DNA from: an uncultured bacterium
GTDB taxonomy: Bacteria; Verrucomicrobiota; Verrucomicrobiia; Limisphaerales; UBA8199
DNA length: 64,000 nucleotides
Assembly: GCA_963749495.1 (NCBI GenBank)
Contig: CAVVMW010000005.1
Span: 352,001-416,000 of the forward strand
Direction of reading: 5' to 3'
In this document: in pieces, positions 41,146 to 51,382 of the stretch
How positions within the stretch are numbered: the first letter of the stretch is position 1
Layout: each line of letters opens with the position of its first letter
The notes under the pieces: model-generated
Told to the model about the DNA's origin: nothing
The model's database searches: none
The model's input: the letters and a program-made list of their open reading frames with translations, nothing else
Program-made: the position numbers and the translations under genes

Positions 41146-42129
41146 TTAATCATGCACGAAGATGATCTTGCTCCCCTGCATCTCGAGGCCAACGGCCACT
41201 CGCCGAAGTCCATGCAGGCTGCGCGCAATCGCGTCATGGTGCTCCTGACGGGCGTAGAACATCAAGAAACCGCCAGCGCCCGCTCCCAGGAGCTTGCCTC
41301 CGAGGGCGCCATGTTTGCGAGCGGCCGCGTACCAGGCATCGATCTCATTGGTGCTGATGCCATCGCTGAGGCGACGCTTGAGTTCCCAGTTGGCGTGGAC
41401 GATTTCGCCGAGGGCGTCCACGTTGTTTGCCTGCAATTCCGCCCGAAGGTCGTGCGCGAGCCGGACCATGCTCTTGAGCATCTCCTGTTTCTTCTTCTCG
41501 GTGGCAAGGGCGGCCTGCTGGCTCCTCAGGATTTCCGAGGCGTTGCGGGTGATGCCGGTGTAGAAGACCACGAGGTTCTCCTGCAAACGGGCCAGCGTTT
41601 CGCGGCGGCAGACTATGGGGTCCACCGACACCGAATCGTCCCGGTTGAACTGGATGAAGTTCAAGCCCCCGAAGGCGGCGGCGTACTGGTCCTGTTTGCC
41701 GATCGGCTCGCGGCAGCGCCCAATCTCGATCTCGCAGGCCTCCTTGGCCAGCCGGCCCGCCGAGACATAGCGGCCGGAAAATGCGTGCAGGGCGTGCAGC
41801 AGCCCGACCGTGAAGGAGCTCGAGGAGCCCAGCCCGGTGCCGCGCGATGGGATGTCCGCAATGGAGGTGATCTCGACGCCGCCATCCAGTTTCAGCAGTG
41901 TCATCGCCTCCCGCACGAGCGGGTGCTTGATGTGCTTTACGCTGCCGGCCTCTTCCGTCTGCGAGTAGCTCACGCGAATCGCTTGATCGAACTTCCGGTT
42001 CACCGTGATATAGACGTATCGGTTGATGGCCATGGAGACGACGGCGCCCCCGAACTCGCGGTAGAAGCAAGGGAAATCGCTGCCCCCTCCCACGAAACTC
42101 ATGCGCAGAGGCGTTCGGCTGATAATCAT
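41146..42129 (-). CDS. hddA: D-glycero-alpha-D-manno-heptose-7-phosphate kinase (GHMP family)
   Basis: RTPLRMSFVGGGSD, GTGLGSSS, IGKQDQYAAAFGG, GGKLLGAGAGG. Confidence 0.88.
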   Translation of the reverse strand: MIISRTPLRMSFVGGGSDFPCFYREFGGAVVSMAINRYVYITVNRKFDQAIRVSYSQTEEAGSVKHIKHPLVREAMTLLKLDGGVEITSIADIPSRGTGLGSSSSFTVGLLHALHAFSGRYVSAGRLAKEACEIEIGRCREPIGKQDQYAAAFGGLNFIQFNRDDSVSVDPIVCRRETLARLQENLVVFYTGITRNASEILRSQQAALATEKKKQEMLKSMVRLAHDLRAELQANNVDALGEIVHANWELKRRLSDGISTNEIDAWYAAARKHGALGGKLLGAGAGGFLMFYARQEHHDAIARSLHGLRRVAVGLEMQGSKIIFVHD

Positions 42130-42139
42130 AGAGAGCCCC

Positions 42140-42310
42140 CACGATTTTGAGAGCGCGCATTGGAACGATGAACCGAGCGGGTGCCGTTCGGCGCGAAGCG
42201 TTTCGGACTGCGGTCCCGATGCATCGGGACCGCTTCGTCCCTCCGAGGCGCCCGAAAAGCGCCAGAGGACTGGCGCACTCCAAAACCTTGCGGACTTGGG
42301 CGGCTCATGG
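42140..42310. repeat. REP-family element (variant of the 18477 family)
   Basis: GAAGCGTTTCGGACTGCGG and AAAGCGCCAGAGGACTGGCGCACTCCAAAAC. Confidence 0.7.
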
Positions 42311-43621
42311 AAACCCGCTCTCGAGGATGAGTCCGGCGGCGTGGGGGAGGGAGTCGCAGGTAAAATCGGGCGGGGCGTTGAACTTGCCGTCTTTGCCGCC
42401 ATAGCCGGTCCGCACCAGGATGGAGCGGAAGGCCGGCGTTGATGGCGGTCTGAATGTCGGTGGTCGTATCGCCAATCAACCAGGATTGAGCCAGGTCCAG
42501 GTTCAACTCCGCGGCCGCAAGTTGGATCATGCCGGTGGCGGGCTTTCGGCAGGAGCACGGGCCCTTGAGCTCGGGGCGCTCGCCCGGGAAGCCGGACCCT
42601 GGGTGGTGCGGGCAGAAGCAGATGCGATCCAGGAAGGCCCCCTCACCGCCGAGGAGGGTCTCCAGCTTGTTGTGAATCGACCGGAGCCCGGCCTCGGTGC
42701 AGAAGCCCTTGGCCAGGACCGGCTGGTTGGTGACGACAATGGTCCGCAGGCCGGCCTGGTTGAGCCTGCGGATGGCCTGCGGCACTCCGGGGAGCAGTTC
42801 CAGTTGCTCGGGACAGACCAGGCCCTGGGCGCCCGCCTCTTTGACCAGCGTACCGTCGCGGTCGAGGAACACCGCCCGTTGGGGTGTGGCCAAAGAGCTG
42901 CGCTGCACAATCCCGGAGGCGGCCTCCGCGCAAACCCTGTCGTATCGTTCCGGGGTGCCGATGTCCTTGATGTACTCGGAACTCGGGTAGCCCTGGAGCG
43001 GGACGCCCCGCTTGAGCATGGCAGGAAACAAATCCTTTCCGAAGTCCACCGGCCCGTGGCTTCCCACCCAGGGCTCCAAGGCCCCCCGCTCCAGCACGTA
43101 GATTCCAGCGTTGACAAGGTTTTGAAAGAACCGGCCCTGCGGGTGGGGGCGGCTGTGGAAGCCGGTGACGCGGCGGGCGGAATCAATTTCAACCAGGTCC
43201 GAATCGAGCGGGTGATCATTCGGGTGCAAGAAAGCGTCGCGGCGGCGCCACTCCGCAGGTGGGCCCGGCACAGGCGGGCCAGGTCGACATTGAGCATGGT
43301 GTCGCCATACAGGAGCAGGAACTGGCCGGCGAGTCTGTCCAGGCCTGCCAGCACAGCCCCGGCCGTTCCGAGCGGTTCCTCTTCGATCTCATAGCGGATG
43401 CGCAGCCCCCAACGGGCGCCATCGCCCAGCACCCTCTGAATCAGCGCGGCGCGGTAGCCCGCGAAAACCAGGACCTCCTCGAACCCGTAATGGCGGGCCA
43501 GCTCGAGCTGGTGTTCCAGCAGCGGCTTGCCCGCGATCGGAACGAGGGGCTTGGGCAGTTCGCCCAACCGCTCCTGGAGCCGCGTGCCTTTGCCGCCGGC
43601 TAGGATGGCGGCCTGTTTCAC
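42305..43621 (-). CDS. Fused heptose-1-phosphate nucleotidyltransferase (HddC-like) and heptose bisphosphate phosphatase (GmhB-like); frameshifts near 43240 and 42430
   Basis: AILAGGKGTRL, PKPL, LGTAGA, DIGTPE, then FLDRDGT, VTNQ, CPHHP, C.CRKP, IGD. Confidence 0.82.
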
Positions 43622-44580
43622 CCGCGGTGCTCCGCGACGAGCTCCTCCACCGCGCGGTCCACGGCCTGGTTGGACGAGAGGCGCGGCAACCAGCCCAGCC
43701 TCCTGAGTTTCTCGATGGAATAGTTGAACCTGGGCACGTCACCAACCCAGCCTCGGTCGCCGCCGGTGTAACGAACCTTCGCGCCCGGCGCCATGCGCTT
43801 GACCACCGCCTCGGCGATGTAGCGAACCGGGGTCGCGCTGCCCGCCGTGCCAATGTTGTAGAAGTTCAATGCATCCTGCGCCCTCTCCACAATGAAGAGC
43901 ATCGCTTCGACGAGTTCTGAGACGTGCAGATAGGGCTTCTCCTGCGAGCCGTCGCCGAGCACGTCCAGCCACGCAGGCTCGTTTTTGAGCCTCAGGCAGA
44001 AGTCGTAGATAGCGCCGTGCGTGGCGCGGCTCCCCACCACGTTAGGGAAGCGAAAGATCCAGGCCCGGCTCAGGTGACTCTCCAGTGCAGCGGAGATGGC
44101 CGCCTCAGAGGCTAGTTTCATGGCCCCATAGCTCAATATCGGCAGGAGCGGCCCCATCTCCTCGGTCAACGGACATGGTTGCATGCCGTAGATCGCCGAG
44201 GTCAACGCGAACGCGAGACGCGCAATTCCATGCTCGCGCAACATTTTCAGCAGGTTAAACGTGGTGAGAAACGTGTCGCGTAAATCCACATCCGGATCGG
44301 CAACGCCGGCGCGAATATCAGAATTGGCGGCCAGGTGCCAAGCCATGTCGAGCCGTCCGAGTCCCGATTCTCGCGCTAGTATCTTCGACAACTCGCTTCT
44401 ATCATTGACGTCGGCGATGTATAGCGTGAACCTTGGATTGGCCAGCGCCTGGGCCAGGTGCTCGCGACGACCCAGCTTCATATTGTCGATGCCAACGACT
44501 CGGATGTTTCGCTGAAGCAACCGATCAACTAAATGACTCCCAATAAACCCGGCAGCGCCTGTAACCAGTGCATTTGTCAT
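43618..44580 (-). CDS. NAD-dependent epimerase/dehydratase
   Basis: GAAGFIGSH, HLAAN, YGAMK. Confidence 0.9.
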   Translation of the reverse strand: MTNALVTGAAGFIGSHLVDRLLQRNIRVVGIDNMKLGRREHLAQALANPRFTLYIADVNDRSELSKILARESGLGRLDMAWHLAANSDIRAGVADPDVDLRDTFLTTFNLLKMLREHGIARLAFALTSAIYGMQPCPLTEEMGPLLPILSYGAMKLASEAAISAALESHLSRAWIFRFPNVVGSRATHGAIYDFCLRLKNEPAWLDVLGDGSQEKPYLHVSELVEAMLFIVERAQDALNFYNIGTAGSATPVRYIAEAVVKRMAPGAKVRYTGGDRGWVGDVPRFNYSIEKLRRLGWLPRLSSNQAVDRAVEELVAEHRG

Positions 44581-44764
44581 AGCCGTCCTATACCTGGCGT
44601 TCGCCTACACTTCAATTCTTATCCAGGATGCTGGAAGAGTGTCACGATTAGGGAAACCCCCGCCAATCCACAAGCCAAAACCTGAGGGGTCGCCCGAGGC
44701 GAGGGGGCATTCGAGCTTGGTTCGAGAAGATGGACCCTGGCGGCCTAAACCTGAAATATTCACG

Positions 44765-45679
44765 CTAGGCTCTTATCCATTCCTTCGGGCAGAGGCCGGG
44801 CACCTCGGCTGGGAGGCCGCAACCCCACGCTGTCGGTGCCACCACGATCTTCCCTGGGTTGCGGCCCAACCAGGCGCCCCACCAACTGAACGAGCTGTTC
44901 GCGATCACGTGGTGCCGGCACGAGGCCATCAGCAGCAACTCCTCCGCATCGGACCAAGGCCCGGAATCGCAGACATATCGGCACGGGACCCCGAGGGCGA
45001 GGTTTGCCTTGGCCCACGACGGATTGTCCGAAAAGATATAACAAACCGTGCCCGGGCTCTTCCCGATGTGCTCCATCGCCCTGTGGTAATACTCTACAGG
45101 GCATGTCCCGTGGCGCTCCCGGGCCAGCCGGATGACCTTGCCATCGGCACCGATGCCGTGATTGCGGCGAACATGCACTGAAATGGAGCGACACCCTGCC
45201 ATGCTCCCCATCAAGGAACGCATCAACGTGCTAAGAGGGGCGCGAAGGGTGAATTCCTGGCGCAACGAGGCCTCTATCGGCAAAAGATACTCCTCGTTCT
45301 GCCAGTACCCGAAAAAATAAGAGCGGCCGGCCCGTTCCCTTACCACATCGGGGTCGAACCGGAACGGTTGCCGCTCATACACGACCCTGTGGCGGCGGCG
45401 AAGGACATTCGACCACACCGCCTTGGCCAAACGGCGCCAGGGCCAAGGCCAGTCCATCCCCAAAGGGACGTCTTGCGGGCTCCCGCGTTCGATCCGGGTT
45501 TGAAAAACCTCCAAGGCAAACTGGCGGCCATACGGATCGTTCTTGAAATCACTCTCGACATCAAGCAGCACCCGCCTTCCCCACTGTGCGGTCAGCCGGC
45601 GAGCCAGCGCGTACTGGAACATCTGGTTCCCGAGTCCTCCCATAAGGCGCACCGCATGCATACCGCCTGTCGTCGGCAC
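44765..45679 (-). CDS. GT11 alpha-1,2-fucosyltransferase family protein
   Basis: GGLGNQMFQYA, GYWQ, VHVRR, IFSD, ANSSFSWWGAWL. Confidence 0.9.
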   Translation of the reverse strand: MPTTGGMHAVRLMGGLGNQMFQYALARRLTAQWGRRVLLDVESDFKNDPYGRQFALEVFQTRIERGSPQDVPLGMDWPWPWRRLAKAVWSNVLRRRHRVVYERQPFRFDPDVVRERAGRSYFFGYWQNEEYLLPIEASLRQEFTLRAPLSTLMRSLMGSMAGCRSISVHVRRNHGIGADGKVIRLARERHGTCPVEYYHRAMEHIGKSPGTVCYIFSDNPSWAKANLALGVPCRYVCDSGPWSDAEELLLMASCRHHVIANSSFSWWGAWLGRNPGKIVVAPTAWGCGLPAEVPGLCPKEWIRA

Positions 45680-45682
45680 TCC

Positions 45683-46444
45683 TCAGCGATTTCTGCGGGC
45701 TACGACATGGTAGCCCATGCACAGCGTATTGATGGATATCGCGGTCTTCTTCTTGGACCGGAAGTAAAAAAAAGCGGGGAGCAGCAGAATTTTGGCGAGA
45801 ACAGAGTGGGCCATCGCAGTTCTTGCAACCTCCACGGCAAGCCAACTGTAGTAATCACCGACTGGCTCGATAGCCTCGATGGTGAACCCGCAGTCGCACA
45901 GAATCTTCCTGTACCATCGATCGGAAAAGCCCGAGTAAAAGAAGTAAGGGTCCATGTGCCGCAGGCAATTGCTCGGCGCGGTGAGAATCAGAACGCCGCC
46001 GCCCTTCAGCAGCCTGCTGAACTCCTTGATCGCCTCGATGGGGAAAGGAATGTGCTCCAAAACTTCCGTGCAGAGGATGGCATCGAAGGTCCCCGCCTTT
46101 TCCTTGATGTTCCAGACGTCGCCGACGTAATCGAGTTGCCCGTACTGGTATCCAGAATCTCCGCCGACTCCGCTGCTGCCGAGGATCCGCTTCTCATCCA
46201 GGACGTACTTTCCAAAATCCTGCCCCCGTTACGCCAGATGCCCGCACGCAGCCCGGTACCTTTGGCTTCCGCATCCGGCATCCAGCAACAGGGACCCCGG
46301 CGCCAGGAGTGACAACTGCCGGCGCACGAAATCGTCCCGTTCATGCTGGTTGTTCAGGGAACGCGCAAGCCGGCGCAAGGGAGGAAAAGCATTCAGGAGA
46401 CTTTTCGGTGAAAACTTTCCTCGCACGCGTCTGTTGGTCATATC
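45683..46444 (-). pseudogene. Class I SAM methyltransferase, disrupted
   Basis: LLDAGCGSQ in one frame and EHIP...LKGGG.LILTAP in another. Confidence 0.7.
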
Positions 46445-46514
46445 ATGTTGGCTCGGCCCGAACCAGCGGCGCCACACTGTGCGCAACTAAAGAGCGTATT
46501 TCCATCAGGAGCCT

Positions 46515-47165
46515 TCACGTGTTTATCCTATTGGGAGTTGCAGCCGTTCCCATGGGGCTCAACCTGCTATCGATCGGCTTGGCGGGAACGCCTGCCACGA
46601 TTGTGAACGGCTCGACTGATTTGGTGACGACTGCACCGGCGGCGATGATGGCGCCCTTGCCGATTCGAACTCCATCGACAACAACGCAATTGGCTCCGAT
46701 CCACACGTCATCCTCGATGACGATTCCGCCTTTGCAGCTCGAGCCCTGGTCCCGCATAGGAATGTCGTTCCGCTGGTACTTATGTCCGCCACCGGCCAGC
46801 ATGACATGGGGGGCGATCATGGCATTTCGGCCCACTTGCACGTGGCCGTAAATGACAACGTAAGGATTGAGTTGCGAGCGGTCGCCCACCCGGACGCTGG
46901 CCGCCGTGGCCGGGGCGGCAATCACCACGCCACGGCCGACGGTCACTCCTCGACCCAGGTGGATGTTTTTCATCTGGCGAAATTCGCACCCTGGGCCGAT
47001 GGCCGTGGACAAATGGCACTCACCCAGCATCAGTGCCCGCCACGGGAAGGCCAGGATGCGGGGGATGTACCTCGACAAGCCGATTGTTCGCTCCAGAGCC
47101 AGGAAGCGAAAAGAGCGGAAATGCACGAACTTTTGCAACCGCCGTTCCAACCGAATGCGATCCAT
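46515..47165 (-). CDS. Hexapeptide-repeat (LbH) O-acyltransferase
   Basis: [32 protein letters not shown]. Confidence 0.88.
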   Translation of the reverse strand: MDRIRLERRLQKFVHFRSFRFLALERTIGLSRYIPRILAFPWRALMLGECHLSTAIGPGCEFRQMKNIHLGRGVTVGRGVVIAAPATAASVRVGDRSQLNPYVVIYGHVQVGRNAMIAPHVMLAGGGHKYQRNDIPMRDQGSSCKGGIVIEDDVWIGANCVVVDGVRIGKGAIIAAGAVVTKSVEPFTIVAGVPAKPIDSRLSPMGTAATPNRINT

Positions 47166-47173
47166 CGCGGTGC

Positions 47174-48055
47174 CTATTTGCCAAGCCACCGTCGCACAAC
47201 GGCTTGCGTGCAGGCCAGTGTATCCAGACGCCAGAACCGCCTTGCGGTCCTCGCGGGGTCCTGCCAGCAAGCGCTGCGCCTGGTTTCCGGGCATTCCAAA
47301 TGCTGATAGCGGGCGGCAAAAGTGCTCATGTCAGCCTGCACGGAGGCGGGGGGAGGCGAGTGGCCAAAGAGCCTCCGCAGGGGCGCGGCGTGCAGCAGGT
47401 GCTCTGCGTAGGCGCCTTCCAGTTGGATGGTCTTCCAGCCGGCCAGATTGAGGCGCATTGACAGGTCGCCATCCGCGCCATAAAACTCAAAGTCGGTCTC
47501 GTTGGCATAGCCAACCGCCTCGAGCGCATCCTTCGCGTAAAAACCGTGATTGATGTGAACCACGCCGCCCGGCAGCAGCTTCACGTGATAGCACGCATCG
47601 AGTGGATACTCGCGGTAGAACAGAGCGCCGCCGCCTATCTCTTCGCCCGCGCTCACGCGGCGTCGCAGCAGCGTCATCCCCGCCTGGATCGCCCCCGGGC
47701 AAAGCAGCAGATCGTCGCTGACCATCAGAATCCAGGGCGCTGAGGCCGCGCGGAATCCCAGGTTCATGAATTCGCCCCAGGAATGGGCCCGCCGTCGGCT
47801 GCCGTCCGCCTGGAGCACGGGGTAGTTCGGCTGAACAAATGTCAGCACATCCCGCTGCGTGGCCAGCCAATCGCAGGTGCCATCGGTGGATCCCCCGTCC
47901 ACCACGATGATCTCGATGGCGCCATCGAATCCGTTGGCCCGCACGTTGCGCAGGGCCTGCTTGAGAAGGCGCCTACGGTTCAGCGAGCCGAGCACGACCG
48001 AGACGTCCGGCTCTTTCTCCCTCAAATGCCCTGCGGCAAATCCGCTCCGCGCCAT
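47174..48055 (-). CDS. GT2 glycosyltransferase
   Basis: [25 protein letters not shown]. Confidence 0.85.
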   Translation of the reverse strand: MARSGFAAGHLREKEPDVSVVLGSLNRRRLLKQALRNVRANGFDGAIEIIVVDGGSTDGTCDWLATQRDVLTFVQPNYPVLQADGSRRRAHSWGEFMNLGFRAASAPWILMVSDDLLLCPGAIQAGMTLLRRRVSAGEEIGGGALFYREYPLDACYHVKLLPGGVVHINHGFYAKDALEAVGYANETDFEFYGADGDLSMRLNLAGWKTIQLEGAYAEHLLHAAPLRRLFGHSPPPASVQADMSTFAARYQHLECPETRRSACWQDPARTARRFWRLDTLACTQAVVRRWLGK

Positions 48056-48056
48056 A

Positions 48057-49409
48057 TCACCCTTTGGGCCTGCGAGCGGGCCTGCCGCTCTCGATTTCGG
48101 CAAAACAGGCCAGATAGTCATCAACCTGCCGCTCAAGGCTGAAGCGGCCTGCCGCGTGCCGGATTGCTTGCTGGGCGCACGCACGACATATCATGGGGTC
48201 CTGGATCATCTGCAGGATCCGGGCAGCCATGGCCGCGCTGTCTCCCCGTTTCACGAGCCACCCGGTTGCGCCATCAATGAGCTCCTCCGGAATGCCGCCC
48301 ACCGCCGTGGCCACAACCGGTGTTCCGCACGATTGCGCCTCCAAAATGGCCAGTGGAGAATTGTCGGCGTGCGCCGCGTGCAGGCACACATCGGCCGCGC
48401 GGAGATAGGCGGCCACGCGTTCGGGGTCGCGGAGGGTGCCGGGAAAACGCCAGGGGCAGGAGGGATCGGTCACGGGCTGCGCCGGACCCCCGAGGCAGAC
48501 AAGGAGGACGCTCTTCCTTCCGCGTTGCGCGCAAACACGCTCCGCCGCCTCGCGGATCGTGGGAAAATCCTTGTACGACCCCGGTGAGGCGCCGCTAACT
48601 GACGAAAAAACACAAACGAACCGATCGGGCGGAAGCCCCAGCGCCTCGCGCGCCGCCTGCTTGTCCCCCGGGCGGAAGACCCCCTGGTTCACACCGTAGC
48701 GGATGACCCGGCCCGTGGCCGGGCGGAGGATCGACCTGGAAACCCGATCCAGGAGCCAAGAACTGGGCGTGACGACGTGCAGGCAGCTCTTTGCGTAGGC
48801 ATCTCGCTTGACGCGCCAATTCTCGTGTGTGCCGTCTCTTCGCAGCCGGGGGGCGCGCAGCAGATCAGGGCAGGCGCCGCACCCGGTCTGCCAGCGCTGG
48901 CAATCTATGGCATAAGCGCAGTGCCCGGTCAGGGCCCACTCATCATGGAGGGTCCACAGCACCGGAAGCGCCTGGCTCAGCGCCGGGAGGGCGCGAATAT
49001 CGAAATAGCCGCCGTGCAGGTTGTGCAAACAGATCACCTCCGGCTGCCACTTTCGAGGATCCGCCAGGTGGGCCGTGTAAGGATAGTTGAAATCTTCGCG
49101 GCCTCGAAGGGGATCCCACAAGCGCCGGGGGATGGCCAGCCAGGAAAGCAGTGTGCGCAGCCGGTCGCGCCCGCGGAAGCAGGGCATTCCCGCAAGAACG
49201 CGGTCCAACAGGGCCAGCGGCCACGTCCAACCCGCCTCCCCGTCGTGCAGGTCGATGCACTCAATGCCAGGCCCAAAGGTCAGGCGCCGCCTGACCTGCA
49301 GCCTGGAATCAAGTCCGCGCCCCAGAAAACCCCGGTGCAGGTCGGAGGCAGCGCGCTCAGCCCCTCCTGCCACGTCCTGCGGGCTAATCTGAAGGATCCT
49401 CTTCGTCAC
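48057..49409 (-). CDS. GT4 glycosyltransferase (WcaC-like)
   Basis: GGAE, LHNLHG, WTLHD.W..TGHC, C..GCG.CP, DNSP..ILEA..CGTP. Confidence 0.87.
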   Translation of the reverse strand: MTKRILQISPQDVAGGAERAASDLHRGFLGRGLDSRLQVRRRLTFGPGIECIDLHDGEAGWTWPLALLDRVLAGMPCFRGRDRLRTLLSWLAIPRRLWDPLRGREDFNYPYTAHLADPRKWQPEVICLHNLHGGYFDIRALPALSQALPVLWTLHDEWALTGHCAYAIDCQRWQTGCGACPDLLRAPRLRRDGTHENWRVKRDAYAKSCLHVVTPSSWLLDRVSRSILRPATGRVIRYGVNQGVFRPGDKQAAREALGLPPDRFVCVFSSVSGASPGSYKDFPTIREAAERVCAQRGRKSVLLVCLGGPAQPVTDPSCPWRFPGTLRDPERVAAYLRAADVCLHAAHADNSPLAILEAQSCGTPVVATAVGGIPEELIDGATGWLVKRGDSAAMAARILQMIQDPMICRACAQQAIRHAAGRFSLERQVDDYLACFAEIESGRPARRPKG

Positions 49410-50030
49410 ATTGTGTCCGGCCCCTGCCTCTTCACCGCGTCGGCGGCCGGCACGCCCCTCAGTCGCCTGGCCGGCACGCCACCCCATACCTCGTCGGGCG
49501 GAATGCTTGAGGTAACCACAGCGCCCGCCGCAACAATCGAGTTTGCGCCGATTACAACCCCGGGCAGGACGATGACCCCCGCTCCCAGCCAGCAGTTATC
49601 CCGGATGGTGACCCCCACGCGTGCTTCGTCCCAAGGCAGGTCCCTGTAAACGGCCCCCTGTCGAAACTGATGGTTGGAAGACGCAATGGTGACATGTTGG
49701 GCTATAAGGCAGTTCGAGCCTATCGAGATTTTGCCTCCGGCGGCTCGGAGATTGCAGTTCGCCCCGATCACCGTTCGCGCACCCACCGACAGCCCCCCTT
49801 CTACCGAGGAGAACTCGGAGCGAAGCAGGGCGCAAATCTCCGTAAAGGGACCCACGGAGTCTCCCTTCACCAAACTTCACGGCCTCCAGTGCGTCCAAGC
49901 GCCATGAAATTGGAAAGTCGAGGCCCGCTCGCGGATTGCGCTGACGGATGCGTTCGTGCATGTACAGCAGCCTGAGTCGCCACACCACGGCCCATGCCGT
50001 GCGCAAAGCCAGCTCAAACGGAACCTTCAT
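49406..50030 (-). CDS. LbH acyltransferase (frameshift near 49870)
   Basis: IGSNCLIA, SSNH, IRDNCWLGAG, GVPAR. Confidence 0.8.
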
Positions 50031-50134
50031 TCCTTTGTTTCCGCCAGTTCCACCCGGCTGCAGATAACACCTGTCGGGAACGCTCAGGCTTCAAGGCCGG
50101 GGGTGCGCGTCTGGGCAGATCCAGCGCTTGCTGC

Positions 50135-51304
50135 TTACAAGGGCCCCCGGCTTGGCCGAAGCGTCTTGGAGAGCGCTTCCATATATCCCCCGACCATGTT
50201 GTCCAGATTAAAGCGCTTCTCGATAAGCTCGGCCGACCGCCTGCCCATCTCCTCGAGTCTGGATTGGTTGCCGAGCGCCTCCCGCAGGGCGCGTTCCAGC
50301 CCACGCTCTGAACCGTCGAACCTCCATCCGTTAATTCCATGCTGCACCAGATCCACTTCCGTGCCATCGGCCAAACCGCAGACCACTGGCAAGCCCATTG
50401 CCATGGCGGTGTTGATTCCCAGCCCGCCCAGCCCGGGGAGCACGCATAGGGAAGCGAGAAACATTTGCCTTGCCAGCGATTCCTCGTCATATATCCCGCC
50501 GGTAAACTCGGTCCGGGCGCCTAAAGCCAGATCGCGCGCAACCCGTTCGAACTGCATGCGCTTGGATCCCTCTCCGATGACCTTGAGGCTGGCTTCCGGC
50601 AGGTGCCGGGCGATTCTGGCCAGCACCCTCAGGAGCATGTCGACGCGCTTTCCCTCGGCCAGCCTGCCCACGAACACCATTTCTCCCGCCTTCCTCCGCG
50701 CCCCGCTGCCCGCGAGCGCGCGATACCGGGTCGAGAGCCAGAACGTCTCGATCGCATTATGGGCCACGGTAAGCTTTGCCTCGGGCACCCCGAGCACGGT
50801 TCTGCAGTATCGCGCCATGTGGGTCGAGTGGCAAATAAAGCGGTCGGTCCTCGAAATGGCCAGGCGGTCTCGCACCAGCAAATGGAAGCGGCTAGGCTTC
50901 CATAATTGGTACCTTCCGAGCTTTGACCGCCAGAAATTCCTTGTCCAATATCCGTCGCAGCCAAACCAAAATATCCTGGCTCCGCTGCCCCTCATCTCCT
51001 GCCAAAGCGCCGGTTCGGTGAGGACCTTTCTCAGCAACGGCCCACTGGTGATATACGCGTGCGCCTGGTGCTTGCGCAGCACCTCAAATATCTCCGGGTG
51101 AAAAGCCGAGCCCTCAGGGCGCTCCCGAAACCGCAGGGAGGAAAAGGGGAGGTTGTCCCGCATGTCCGCGACACCATCGACCTTCCTCCCCTCGCTGGCC
51201 ACCACCACCAGGTTCACTTCCTGAGAAAGTTTATGGAAGAACGGAACCCGGTAATGCGGGATCACATATTGGTCGAAAACAACGTTCCATCGCTCCCCTG
51301 TCAT
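50135..51304 (-). CDS. GT4 glycosyltransferase
   Basis: IPHYR.PFF, FVGRL..KRVD, PGLGGLGI..AMA.GLP. Confidence 0.85.
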   Translation of the reverse strand: MTGERWNVVFDQYVIPHYRVPFFHKLSQEVNLVVVASEGRKVDGVADMRDNLPFSSLRFRERPEGSAFHPEIFEVLRKHQAHAYITSGPLLRKVLTEPALWQEMRGSGARIFWFGCDGYWTRNFWRSKLGRYQLWKPSRFHLLVRDRLAISRTDRFICHSTHMARYCRTVLGVPEAKLTVAHNAIETFWLSTRYRALAGSGARRKAGEMVFVGRLAEGKRVDMLLRVLARIARHLPEASLKVIGEGSKRMQFERVARDLALGARTEFTGGIYDEESLARQMFLASLCVLPGLGGLGINTAMAMGLPVVCGLADGTEVDLVQHGINGWRFDGSERGLERALREALGNQSRLEEMGRRSAELIEKRFNLDNMVGGYMEALSKTLRPSRGPL

Positions 51305-51382
51305 AAAAATCTCTCTTCGCGGATGGGGCGCTCTTGGAGGCAAAAGTCCAACTCGATCGGCAGCCGGAACCGATAGGTGCCA

